A model generated the notes under the pieces. That model saw nothing but the letters and a program-made list of their open reading frames with translations. It made no database searches and was not told the DNA's origin. The translations under genes and the position numbers were made by a program. 30,044 bases of DNA from Actinomycetota bacterium (lineage in GTDB: Bacteria; Actinomycetota; UBA4738; HRBIN12), in NCBI GenBank assembly GCA_046094605.1, contig JBJTHT010000154.1, positions 1 to 30,044 of the forward strand, in the 5' to 3' direction. Below are positions 8,183-16,934 of this stretch, piece after piece. Within the stretch, counting starts at the first letter, position 1. Each line of letters starts with the position of its first letter.

Positions 8183-10072
8183 TCACTTCACGTCGTAGGT
8201 CAGCAGGAGCCCCCGACCCTCGCAGGTCGGGCAGGTCTCCGAGAAGGCCTCCAGCAGTCCACCAGACACGCGCTTCCGCGTCACCTCGAGCAGGCCCAGG
8301 GGGCTGATGTCGAAGACCTGGGACCGGGTCTTGTCCTGGGCCAGGGCCTCGGCCACGGTCTCGACCACCTTGCGCTTGTTCTGCTCGAGGAGCATGTCGA
8401 TGAAGTCGATGACGATCATGCCGCCGATGTCGCGCAGGCGCAGCTGTCGGGCGACCTCGCGGGCGGCCTCGAGGTTCGTGTTGACGACGGTCTCCTCGAG
8501 GTTCGTGGACCCGACCGACTTGCCGGTGTTCACGTCGATGACCGTGAGGGCCTCGGTGCGCTCGATGATGAGGTAGCCGCCCGACGGGAGCCAGACCTTG
8601 CGGTCGAGCGCCTTGTGGATCTGCTCGACCACGTGGTACTCCTCGAACGCCGACAGCTTGCCCTCGTGCAGCACCACCTTCTCGACGAGATCCGGCGCGA
8701 TGTCGCGCAGGTAGCCCGTGACGAGCTCGTGGATGCGGCGCGAGTCGGTGGCGAGGACGCGGTACTCCTCGTCGGTGAACAGGTCGCGGACGACGCGCAC
8801 CGTGAGTTCCGGTTCCTCGTAGAGCGTCGCGGGCGCCTTGGCCTTGCGGGAACGCTTCTCGATGTCCTCCCACGTCGCGACGAGCCGCTCGACGTCGTGT
8901 CGCAGGTCCTCCTCCTCCGCGCCCTCGGCGGCGGTGCGCACGATGAGGCCGTGGCCGTCCGGCTTGAGGTCCTTGAGGATGCCCTTGAGGCGCTTGCGTT
9001 CCCCCTCCGGCAGTCGGCGGCTGATGCCCGTGACGTTGGACTGCGGGGCGAGGACGAGGAACCGTCCCGGCAGCGAGACCTGGGCGGTGAGGCGCGCGCC
9101 CTTGCCGCCCATCGGATCCTTCGTCACCTGGACGAGGACCGACTGACCGGGCTTGAGCACCTGCTCGATGCGCTGCGACGGCCCTTCGAGGTCCTCGGCG
9201 GACCAGTTGACCTCGCCGGCGTAGAGGACGGCGTTGCGGCCACGGCCGACGTCGACGAAGGCGGCCTCCATGCCGGGCAGCACGTTCTGCACGCGCCCGA
9301 GGTAGACGTTACCGACCATCGACTTCGCGCCGGAGCGCGTGACGAAGTGTTGGACGAGTTCGGACCCCTCGAGGACGGCGATCTGGTCGCGCTCGCCGTG
9401 CTCGGTGATGACCATGACCTTGTCGGTGACGCGGGGGACGACGGGCAGCGGCTCGCGGCGACGGCGCACGGATCCGCCGGTGCGGGTGCGCGAGCGACGG
9501 CCGCGGGCGAGCCTCGTCGAGGTCGGTGCGGCGGCGGCCGGACGTGCTCCGTCGCCCTTGGGCTTGGACCGACGACGGCGCGAACGGGAACCCTTCGCGG
9601 TCTCGTCGGCGGCGGCCGGCTCCGTCGTCGGGGCCGCCTCGTCGTCCTCGTCCGACCCATCGTCGGTCGCCGGTGCGGCGGTGCCGTCGGCGCGCGGGCG
9701 GCTGCGGCCCCGGCCTCGACCACCGCGACGACGGCGCCGCCGCTTGGCGGGCGCACCGCCCTCGGAAGTCCCGGACGTCGCGTCCGTCTCGTCGGTGGTC
9801 TCGGTCGAGCGCTCGTCGCCCTCGGGCGCGTCGTCCTCGGAACCGTCCGCGCCGTCCTCGGAGCCGGCGGTCGTGGGGCGACCGGATCCGCCGCGGCCAC
9901 GGCCACGGCCACGGCCGCCGCGGCGACGGCGACGTCGCTTCGCGGGCGCGCTCGCGCCGGACTCGGTGGTGGCGTCGGAGACGACCTCGGTCGTCGGTCG
10001 TTCGTCGTTGCCGCTTGCCTGCTGCAGGGTGTCCGACCGTTCCTCGGTCCCCTGCGGCGCCTCATCGCGCAC
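8183..10072 (-). CDS. rne: Ribonuclease E/G family protein with N-terminal disordered region
   Basis: GNVYLGRVQNVLPGMEAAFVD (S1), VQVTKDP...KGARLT, IDVNTG, GGMIVIDFIDM, Zn-link CPTCEGRG at the C-terminus; about 200 aa low-complexity N-terminus. Confidence 0.96.
   Translation of the reverse strand: MRDEAPQGTEERSDTLQQASGNDERPTTEVVSDATTESGASAPAKRRRRRRGGRGRGRGRGGSGRPTTAGSEDGADGSEDDAPEGDERSTETTDETDATSGTSEGGAPAKRRRRRRGGRGRGRSRPRADGTAAPATDDGSDEDDEAAPTTEPAAADETAKGSRSRRRRSKPKGDGARPAAAAPTSTRLARGRRSRTRTGGSVRRRREPLPVVPRVTDKVMVITEHGERDQIAVLEGSELVQHFVTRSGAKSMVGNVYLGRVQNVLPGMEAAFVDVGRGRNAVLYAGEVNWSAEDLEGPSQRIEQVLKPGQSVLVQVTKDPMGGKGARLTAQVSLPGRFLVLAPQSNVTGISRRLPEGERKRLKGILKDLKPDGHGLIVRTAAEGAEEEDLRHDVERLVATWEDIEKRSRKAKAPATLYEEPELTVRVVRDLFTDEEYRVLATDSRRIHELVTGYLRDIAPDLVEKVVLHEGKLSAFEEYHVVEQIHKALDRKVWLPSGGYLIIERTEALTVIDVNTGKSVGSTNLEETVVNTNLEAAREVARQLRLRDIGGMIVIDFIDMLLEQNKRKVVETVAEALAQDKTRSQVFDISPLGLLEVTRKRVSGGLLEAFSETCPTCEGRGLLLTYDVK
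9704..9949 (-). repeat. Duplicated 17-aa Arg/Gly motif APAKRRRRRRGGRGRGR in rne (9899-9949 and 9704-9754)
   Basis: Identical peptide, different synonymous codons; the first copy includes a (CCACGG)n 6-mer run. Confidence 0.85.
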
Positions 10073-10218
10073 GCTGGTCGTCCTGTTCCCGGCGGGCCAC
10101 CGAGGACGCGGCCACGCGGGGACGTCCCCGGGGCCGGCGGGCCTGGGCCTCGCCGATCGGGCACCGCCGCGCGGCTGGGGCCCCGATGGCCCCGCGCTCG
10201 GCGGGCAAACCTGCGGAG

Positions 10219-10227
10219 AGGATAGCA
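10219..10227 (-). promoter_or_regulatory. Putative extended -10 TGC-TATCCT for rne
   Basis: TGn-TANNNT about 145 nt upstream of the rne GTG. Confidence 0.55.
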
Positions 10228-10234
10228 GGGGACC

Positions 10235-10266
10235 CCGTCCCGGCCGCGCAGGCGCGGCCGGGACGG
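10235..10266 (-). terminator. 14-bp perfect hairpin after rodA, likely terminator of the mre-mrdA-rodA operon
   Basis: ccgtcccggccgcg-cagg-cgcggccgggacgg, 13 nt past the rodA stop; no U-tract. Confidence 0.7.
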
Positions 10267-10279
10267 CCCCGCTCCGTGC

Positions 10280-11419
10280 CTAGGCCGTGCGGCGGTGGTG
10301 GATGCTGAGCAGCATCCCCACGGCCACGGCGTTCACGATCAGGGCCGTCCCGCCGTACGAGACGAAGGGCAGGGGGATCCCGGTGATGGGCATGATCCCG
10401 AGCGTCATCCCGATGTTCACGAACGCCTGCAGCATGAAGTAGGTCCCGATGCCGCCCGCGACATAGGTCCCGAAGGGGTCCTTGGCGAGCATCGCGATGC
10501 GGAACGCCCGGACCACCAGCGTCCCGAAGAGGAACACCAGGACGCCCGCCCCGAGGAACCCGAACTCCTCCCCCACGACGGTGAAGACGAAGTCGGTGTG
10601 CTGTTCCGGGACGAAGTCGAGGTTCGTCTGCGTCCCCTGGAGGTAGCCGAGCCCGAGGAGTCCGCCGGAGCCGATCGCGATCTCGGCCTGCTGTCGGTTG
10701 TACCCGGAGCGCAGCGGGTCGTTCTTCGGGTCGAGGAAGCTCGTGAGGCGGCTCACCTGGTACTCCCGGATCAGGCCGACCTGCAGCGCGCCGGCGAACA
10801 GGATCGCCGCCGCGACGACGAGGACGCCGAGGTGGCGCCCCTTGGCACCCGACACGACGAGGATGCCGGCGAGGATCGCCGCGAGCACGATCGAGGTCCC
10901 GAGGTCGGGCTGCAGGAACACGAGCGCGCCCGGGACCGCGGCGATGCCCACACCGCGGATCACGTCGCGGAGCGTCGGTTCCCGCCCCTTGAGTTCCGCG
11001 AACGTCGCGGCGAGCATCACGATCAGCGACATCTTCATGAGTTCCGACGGGGTGAACTGGTAGCCGAGCAGCTGGAACCATCGCTGTGATCCCTTCACGG
11101 TCGTCCCGAGCGGCGTCTGCACGAGGATCAGGAGCACGATCGAGACGCCGTAGAAGATCGGCGCGTACACCTTGAGGAACCGGTAGTCGACGTTGGCGAT
11201 CACGAGGAGGACGAGGACGCCGCCGACCGCGAAGAGGATCTGGCGCGAGAGGTAGGTGCTCGGGTCGTACCCCAGGACCTCGAGCGTCCGCTGGGTGGCG
11301 GAGTAGATCGAGAGGAACCCGATCGCCACGAGCGACACGACGCTCGCGAGCAGGACCCGGTCGAGGTCCCGGATCCGCGCGAGGATCCCGACGCGATCGC
11401 GTCCGGCGACGACGTCCAT
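10280..11419 (-). CDS. rodA: Rod shape-determining SEDS glycosyltransferase RodA
   Basis: GSQRWF...FTPSELMK, LQPDLGT, GYNRQQAEIAIGSGG, FVPEQHTDFVF, GIPLPFVSYGG. Start MDVVAG at 11419 (TGATG overlap). Confidence 0.96.
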   Translation of the reverse strand: MDVVAGRDRVGILARIRDLDRVLLASVVSLVAIGFLSIYSATQRTLEVLGYDPSTYLSRQILFAVGGVLVLLVIANVDYRFLKVYAPIFYGVSIVLLILVQTPLGTTVKGSQRWFQLLGYQFTPSELMKMSLIVMLAATFAELKGREPTLRDVIRGVGIAAVPGALVFLQPDLGTSIVLAAILAGILVVSGAKGRHLGVLVVAAAILFAGALQVGLIREYQVSRLTSFLDPKNDPLRSGYNRQQAEIAIGSGGLLGLGYLQGTQTNLDFVPEQHTDFVFTVVGEEFGFLGAGVLVFLFGTLVVRAFRIAMLAKDPFGTYVAGGIGTYFMLQAFVNIGMTLGIMPITGIPLPFVSYGGTALIVNAVAVGMLLSIHHRRTA

Positions 11420-13365
11420 CAGTCCGTCGCCCCCGAGGTCGCGAACTGCGTGAGGGGCAGGCCGTAGAGCGCCTCGATGATGCGGCGGGCGATCGGAGCC
11501 GCGGTCGTGGAGCCGTGGCCGCCCTGCTCGACGAGGGCGACGACGACGTAGCGCTCCTCGCCGCGGGCCGTCATCGCGGCGAACCACGAGAAGTCCTGCC
11601 GGTTGAAGACCTGCGCCGTGCCGGTCTTGCCGGAGACCCAGACGTCGTTCAGGGGGAACCCGCGGAACACCGCGGCGGCGGTCCCGTCACGCACCGTCGA
11701 GCCGAGGGCATCGCGCACGTAGGCCAGGTCGTCCACCGAGAACGCGAGCTTCCGGTTGCAGTGGGAACCGAGCGTGCGCACGGGTGTGCCGTCGGCGGTC
11801 TGCACCGCGCGCAGGAGCCGCGGCGCGCAGATGCGACCGCCGCGCATGAGTGCCGCGTAGGCCTGCGCCATCTGCATCGGCGTCACGAGCGTGTCGCCCT
11901 GCCCGATCGACATGTTCACGAAGTCGCCCGGAACCCAGTCGCCGAACGGGAAGTCCTTCGGGTAGCGGTCGTGGATCGACCGCTTCCAGAGGGCGTCGGG
12001 GATGCGACCGCCGTATTCACCGGGCAGATCGACCCCGGTCGGACGACCGAACCCGACCGAGGCGAGGTCGGTCTGGAGCGGTTCCTTGGGGGCGTCGTCG
12101 TCGTTGCCGGCGATGCCGTCGGCGCTCGGCGGCGGGTAGTAGATGCGCCAGTACTCGTAGCCGATCGGGTAGTAGATCGTGTCGCAGGACTGCGAGAGCG
12201 ACCGCGCGAGCGACATCATCCCCTGGTCGACGGAGGTCCAGTTGCGGAACTGCCGGACGTCGTCGGGGACGTTCCACGACGGCGGACAGGCGTAGGACTC
12301 CGAGGTCCGGACGAGGTTCCGGCGGAGCGCCGAGAGCAGGATCCACGGCTTGAAGGTCGAGCCGGGCGGATACTGCCCCTGGATCGCGCGGTTCAGCAGC
12401 GGGTAGCCCGTCGAGGCGCCGAAGAGCTGCTCGTACTGCGTCTGCGTGAGCCCCGACGTGAACACCGATGGGTCGTAGGAGGGGTACGAGGCGATCGCAC
12501 GCACCGATCCGGTGTTCGCGTCGAGCACGATGACCGCGCCCGCGTTCGCACGCAGGGTCCGCGACGTGTTCGGGTCGAAGACGCGTCGCGCCTGCTCGAT
12601 CCCGAGCAGGAGGCTCTCCTCCGCCGTGGCCTGCAGGTCCGCGTCGATCGTGAGGGCCACGTCGTCGCCGGGCAGCGGCGCCTTGCGCCCGAACTGCCCG
12701 AGGTTGCGACCCGTCGAGTCGACCCGGTAGCTCACGTAGCCGTCCGTCCCGCGGAGATCGGCCTCGTAGACGGCCTCGATGCCGGAACGACCGATGACGT
12801 CGCCGGAGCGGTACGCGGCGTAGGCGGGGTCCTCCAGCTGCTCCGCGGAGATCTGCCCGAGGTAGCCGAGGACGTGGGCGGCGAGTTCGCCGTACGGATA
12901 GGTCCGCACGGGGATCTGCCGCACGTCGACGCCGGGCAGCTCGTCGCGGTGCTCGACGATCCAGAACGCGACGTCCTTCGGAACGTCGGAGGCCACCGGG
13001 ACCGGTTGGTAGTAGTAGTACCGCTGGTCGTTCAGCCGTTCCCCGAGATCGCTCGCCGTCGTCCCGAGGACCCGTGAGAGTTCGAGCAGGACGCGTTCGC
13101 GGTCGTCGCCCAGCTGCTGCCGGTCCACGGTGATCTGCAGGCTCATCCGGTTGCCGACGAGCACGCGCCCCTTCACGTCGAGGATGCGGCCGCGCGGCGC
13201 GGGGATCGGCAGGAGCCGCAGCGCGTTCTGCCGCGCGGCCGCCCGCGCCTCGTCCACCGCGAGCACCTGCATGAAGTACAGGCGGGTCGCGAGGATCCCG
13301 AAGAGCGCGAGGGCGAGCGAGAGCAGGACGCGGACCCGGGCGTCGATGCGGTTGGGCGCCGACAT
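11419..13365 (-). CDS. mrdA: Penicillin-binding protein 2 (class B)
   Basis: APRGRILD, SxxK (PGSTFK), SxD (SCD), KTG (GKTGTA), SIGQG. Start MSAPNR at 13365 (TGATG overlap). Confidence 0.96.
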   Translation of the reverse strand: MSAPNRIDARVRVLLSLALALFGILATRLYFMQVLAVDEARAAARQNALRLLPIPAPRGRILDVKGRVLVGNRMSLQITVDRQQLGDDRERVLLELSRVLGTTASDLGERLNDQRYYYYQPVPVASDVPKDVAFWIVEHRDELPGVDVRQIPVRTYPYGELAAHVLGYLGQISAEQLEDPAYAAYRSGDVIGRSGIEAVYEADLRGTDGYVSYRVDSTGRNLGQFGRKAPLPGDDVALTIDADLQATAEESLLLGIEQARRVFDPNTSRTLRANAGAVIVLDANTGSVRAIASYPSYDPSVFTSGLTQTQYEQLFGASTGYPLLNRAIQGQYPPGSTFKPWILLSALRRNLVRTSESYACPPSWNVPDDVRQFRNWTSVDQGMMSLARSLSQSCDTIYYPIGYEYWRIYYPPPSADGIAGNDDDAPKEPLQTDLASVGFGRPTGVDLPGEYGGRIPDALWKRSIHDRYPKDFPFGDWVPGDFVNMSIGQGDTLVTPMQMAQAYAALMRGGRICAPRLLRAVQTADGTPVRTLGSHCNRKLAFSVDDLAYVRDALGSTVRDGTAAAVFRGFPLNDVWVSGKTGTAQVFNRQDFSWFAAMTARGEERYVVVALVEQGGHGSTTAAPIARRIIEALYGLPLTQFATSGATD

Positions 13366-13871
13366 CACCACCGCCTCGCGGTCGCGCGGGGCTTGGAACC
13401 GAGGATGCGGCGCACGAGCGGTGCGACGAGCGGCGTGAGGACCGCGCCGTAGACCCCGGAGAGGGCCGCGACGCGCAGCAGGTAGGCCGCGGAGACCTCG
13501 AACTGCCCGAGCAGCAGCTGCACGAAGCCGACGGTCAGGATCGCGAGGAACGTCCCGACGCCCACGATCGAGGCGGGGATGTAGGGGGACTCGCTCACGA
13601 TGTACTGACGCAGGGTGCCGACGACCGCACCGACGAACGTGAGGACGAGGGCCGTCACGCCCACCGTCTGCGCGCCGAGGAGGTCCTGCCACATCCCGCC
13701 CGCGAACCCTGCGACCGCGCCGGCGTTCGGACCCTCCGCGAGGGCCACGAGGATCGTGACGAGCACGATGAGTTCGGGACGCGCGCCGAACAGACGAGCG
13801 TCCGCGAAGAGGGTGGACTGCAGGAGGAGCGCGGTCAGGAAGGCGACGAGGACGAGCGCGACACGGCGCAT
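13365..13871 (-). CDS. mreD: Rod shape-determining protein MreD
   Basis: Hydrophobic 168 aa; RPELIVLV....AL..G...GA..GF.GG...DLL; lies between mreC and mrdA. Confidence 0.93.
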   Translation of the reverse strand: MRRVALVLVAFLTALLLQSTLFADARLFGARPELIVLVTILVALAEGPNAGAVAGFAGGMWQDLLGAQTVGVTALVLTFVGAVVGTLRQYIVSESPYIPASIVGVGTFLAILTVGFVQLLLGQFEVSAAYLLRVAALSGVYGAVLTPLVAPLVRRILGSKPRATARRW

Positions 13872-14734
13872 CAGGCGGTCTCCGTCGTGCCGGTGGAGAG
13901 CACGACGAGGACGACGTCGAGGGTGGAGAAGTCGACGGCCGGTCGGATCGTCACGTACGTCTCGAGGCCCGCGGGGTCGGGCTTCACGCGCGCGACCTGT
14001 CCGATGAGGATGCCCGCGGGGAACGCCGGTTCCCCGCCGACCACCTTGTAGCCCGCGGTGACGACGGTGTCGTCGGCGGTCACGACCGCCTGGGGGTCGA
14101 GGAACGACATGCGCAGGTCCCGGTCTCCCTGGCCGCTCACCACGCCCGTCGTCCCGGACGAGCCGAAGCGGCCGACCACGGCGGCGCGCGGGTCGAGGAC
14201 CAGGCGCACCACCGACGCGTTCGGGGCGACCCGGACGACGCGGCCCACGAGGCCCGCGCTCGCGACCACCGGCATGCCGACCCGCACCCCCGACGAGGAA
14301 CCGCGATCGATCTGGATCGTCCACTCGAGGTCCGAGATCCCGTTCGCGATGACCTGGGCCGCGAGCGTCGTCCCCTCGCCGCCGAGCTGGTCGCGGACCC
14401 CGAGGAGCGCCTCGAGCTCCGCGAGGCGGCGGGCGTCCGACGACGTCGTCGCGAGCTCGCGTTCGAGTTCCGCGACGCGGTCGCGCAGGGTGGCGTTGTC
14501 GCGGCGGATGCCGGGCAGGTGGATCAGAGTCCCCACGAAGCCGCCGACGGGACCCGTCACGCTCGACACGCCCTGCTGGAGCGGCGCGATCAGGGCGACG
14601 AGCGCGGAGGAGAGGAACGCGACCGGACCAGCATCCCCGGCGCGGTAGTCGATCGTGATCGTGACCAGCGAGGCGGCGAGGAGCGAGGCGACGAGGGTAC
14701 GCGTCGTCCGGAGGCGGCCGACGGGACCGGCCAT
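13871..14734 (-). CDS. mreC: Rod shape-determining protein MreC
   Basis: TM anchor, coiled coil (DNATLRDRVAELE), IDRGSSSGV..GMPV....GLVGRV, VVTAG....FPAGILIGQV. Confidence 0.95.
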   Translation of the reverse strand: MAGPVGRLRTTRTLVASLLAASLVTITIDYRAGDAGPVAFLSSALVALIAPLQQGVSSVTGPVGGFVGTLIHLPGIRRDNATLRDRVAELERELATTSSDARRLAELEALLGVRDQLGGEGTTLAAQVIANGISDLEWTIQIDRGSSSGVRVGMPVVASAGLVGRVVRVAPNASVVRLVLDPRAAVVGRFGSSGTTGVVSGQGDRDLRMSFLDPQAVVTADDTVVTAGYKVVGGEPAFPAGILIGQVARVKPDPAGLETYVTIRPAVDFSTLDVVLVVLSTGTTETA

Positions 14735-14738
14735 GCCG

Positions 14739-15884
14739 CTACCTGCGCGGCGAGGAGGTCACCAGCACGCGCTGCAGGACGTCGAACTCCTCGAGGCACC
14801 GGCCCGACCCGAGGGCGACGCTCCAGAGCGGGTCCTTCGCGACGTAGCAGTTGACGCCCGTCTCGTGGGTGAGGCGCGAGTCCAGCCCGCGGAGCTTCGC
14901 ACCGCCGCCCGTCAGGCAGATGCCGTTGCGCATGATGTCGCCCGCCAGTTCCGCGGGGCAGTCGTCGAGCGTCTGTCGGATCGTGTCGATGATCGCGGAG
15001 ACCGGTTCCTCGAGGGCCTCGCGCAGCTCGGCGTCGGAGATCTCGATCGTCTTCGGAAGACCGCTCGCGAGGTCGCGCCCGACGACCTGCGCGGCCATGC
15101 CGTCCTTCGTCGGGAACGCGGAGCCGATCGCGATCTTCACCTTCTCCGCCGTTCGCGCGCCGAGGGCGAGCGAGTACTCCTTGCGCGCGTAGTCCACGAT
15201 CGCGGCATCCATCTTGTCGCCGCCGATGCGCAGCGAACTGGAACGCACCATGCCGCCGAGGGAGATGATCGCGACCTCGCTGGTGCCGCCGCCGATGTCC
15301 ACGATCATGCTGCCGGTGGCCTCGTTGATGGGCAGATCGGCGCCGATCGCGGCGGCCATCGGTTCCTCGATGATGTAGGCGCGACGGGCACCGGCGGCGA
15401 TGGCCGCCTCCTCGACGGCGCGCTGCTCCACGCCCGTGATGCCGCTCGGGACGCAGATGACGATGCGCGGCTTCGCGAGGAGGCTGCGACGGTGCACCTG
15501 TTGGATGAAGTAGCGGAGCATCTTCTCGGTGACGTCGAAGTCGGCGATGACGCCGTCCTTGAGCGGACGGATGGCCTGGATGTGCGAGGGCGTCCGGCCG
15601 ATCATGAGCTTGGCCGCGTTGCCGACGGCGAGGACCACGTCGGTGTGGGTGTTGACCGCCACGACCGAGGGCTCCTCGAGGACGATCCCCTCGCCCCGCA
15701 CGTAGACCAGCGTGTTGGCCGTGCCGAGGTCGACGGCCATGTCCTGGCCCAGCACCGAGAACAGGGTCTCGGAGAGGCCGCGGCGCTTCAGCGGGCGGTC
15801 GGCGGGGTCGGAGGGGTCCGCGAAGACGGAACCCAGCAGGCCACGCCCCCGAGCCGGACGGTCGGTGGCGTTGGGGGAATCCAT
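14739..15884 (-). CDS. mreB: Actin-like rod shape protein MreB with N-terminal extension
   Basis: DMAVDLGTANT, EPSVVA, RPLKDGVIADF, EEPMAAAIGA, DIGGGT, LTGGG. ATG at 15884 preferred; start uncertain. Confidence 0.95.
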   Translation of the reverse strand: MDSPNATDRPARGRGLLGSVFADPSDPADRPLKRRGLSETLFSVLGQDMAVDLGTANTLVYVRGEGIVLEEPSVVAVNTHTDVVLAVGNAAKLMIGRTPSHIQAIRPLKDGVIADFDVTEKMLRYFIQQVHRRSLLAKPRIVICVPSGITGVEQRAVEEAAIAAGARRAYIIEEPMAAAIGADLPINEATGSMIVDIGGGTSEVAIISLGGMVRSSSLRIGGDKMDAAIVDYARKEYSLALGARTAEKVKIAIGSAFPTKDGMAAQVVGRDLASGLPKTIEISDAELREALEEPVSAIIDTIRQTLDDCPAELAGDIMRNGICLTGGGAKLRGLDSRLTHETGVNCYVAKDPLWSVALGSGRCLEEFDVLQRVLVTSSPRR

Positions 15885-15955
15885 GGGTGCCACGATTGTC
15901 CGGCAGGCACGGGGCGATGGCAACCCTCCGCGGGGAACATCGGCCGCGAGCGGGA

Positions 15956-15961
15956 TAGGGT
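15956..15961 (+). promoter_or_regulatory. Putative -10 box TAGGGT, leaderless fabD
   Basis: TAGGGT-gcggcg-ATG (6-nt spacer). Confidence 0.55.
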
Positions 15962-15967
15962 GCGGCG

Positions 15968-16879
15968 ATGGGCGCGGCGGTCGTGTTCCCCGGGCAGGGG
16001 TCCCAGGTGGCCGGGATGGCCGATCCGTGGCTCGCGGACCCGGTCTCGGCACGCGCGATCGACGAGGTGAGCGCCGCCATCGGCCGGGACGTCGCGGCCG
16101 GTGCCCGCGACCCGGAGGCCCTGGCGACGACGGCCTTCGCGCAGCCGGCGCTCCTCGCCTGCGAGGTCGCCGCGTATCGCGTCCTGGAGGACGCGGGACT
16201 GCGACCGGCGGCGGCGGCGGGGCACTCCCTCGGCGAGTTCGCAGCGCTCGTCGCCGCAGGGGTGCTGACGCTCGCCGACGCTGCGCGCATCGTCGCGGTG
16301 CGCGGGACGGCGATGCAGGCGGCCGCCGACGCGCGCCCCGGCGGGATGTCGGCGCTGCTCGGCGTGGGCGCCGCCGACGCCGCGGCGCTCTGCGACGCGG
16401 TGCGGGGCGACGGCATCCTGCTCGTCGCCAACGAGAACTCCCCGCAGCAGGTGGTCGCCTCCGGTTCGCTCGGGGCGCTCGAGCGGCTCGAGACCGCGTG
16501 CGCGGAGCGGAAGATCCGCGCCGTGCGCCTCGCCGTCGCCGGCGCGTTCCACTCCCCCCTCATGGAACCGGCGATCGCGCCGCTGCGCGACGCGATCGCC
16601 GCGGCGCCCTTCGCCTCGCCGCGGGTCCCCGTCGCCTCCAACGTCACCGGCTCGCTCGTGGGCGACCCCGACGAGATCCGCGATCTCCTCGGTCGCCACG
16701 TCGTCTCCGCCGTGCGCTGGGAGACCTGCGTCGCGTCGCTGCTGGCCACGGGGGTCGACCGCCTCGTGGAGGCCGGCCCCGGGGACGTCCTCACGAAGCT
16801 CGCGAAGCGCGTGGCCCCGGGCGTGCCCGCGCTCGCCGTCGGGGACCCGGCGGCCGCACGAGCCGCGCTCGCGACCTGA
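15968..16879 (+). CDS. fabD: Malonyl-CoA:ACP transacylase
   Basis: FPGQGSQ, AQPAL, GHSLGE, GAFHSP, V.SAVRW. Confidence 0.96.
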   Translation: MGAAVVFPGQGSQVAGMADPWLADPVSARAIDEVSAAIGRDVAAGARDPEALATTAFAQPALLACEVAAYRVLEDAGLRPAAAAGHSLGEFAALVAAGVLTLADAARIVAVRGTAMQAAADARPGGMSALLGVGAADAAALCDAVRGDGILLVANENSPQQVVASGSLGALERLETACAERKIRAVRLAVAGAFHSPLMEPAIAPLRDAIAAAPFASPRVPVASNVTGSLVGDPDEIRDLLGRHVVSAVRWETCVASLLATGVDRLVEAGPGDVLTKLAKRVAPGVPALAVGDPAAARAALAT

Positions 16880-16900
16880 GCCCCCGCCGGGGCAGGGCGA

Positions 16901-16906
16901 TATCCT
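16901..16906 (+). promoter_or_regulatory. Possible internal -10 box TATCCT upstream of fabH
   Basis: TANNNT in the 55-nt fabD-fabH gap. Confidence 0.4.
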
Positions 16907-16934
16907 TCGCGCCCCTGGCGCGGAACCGGCCCTC

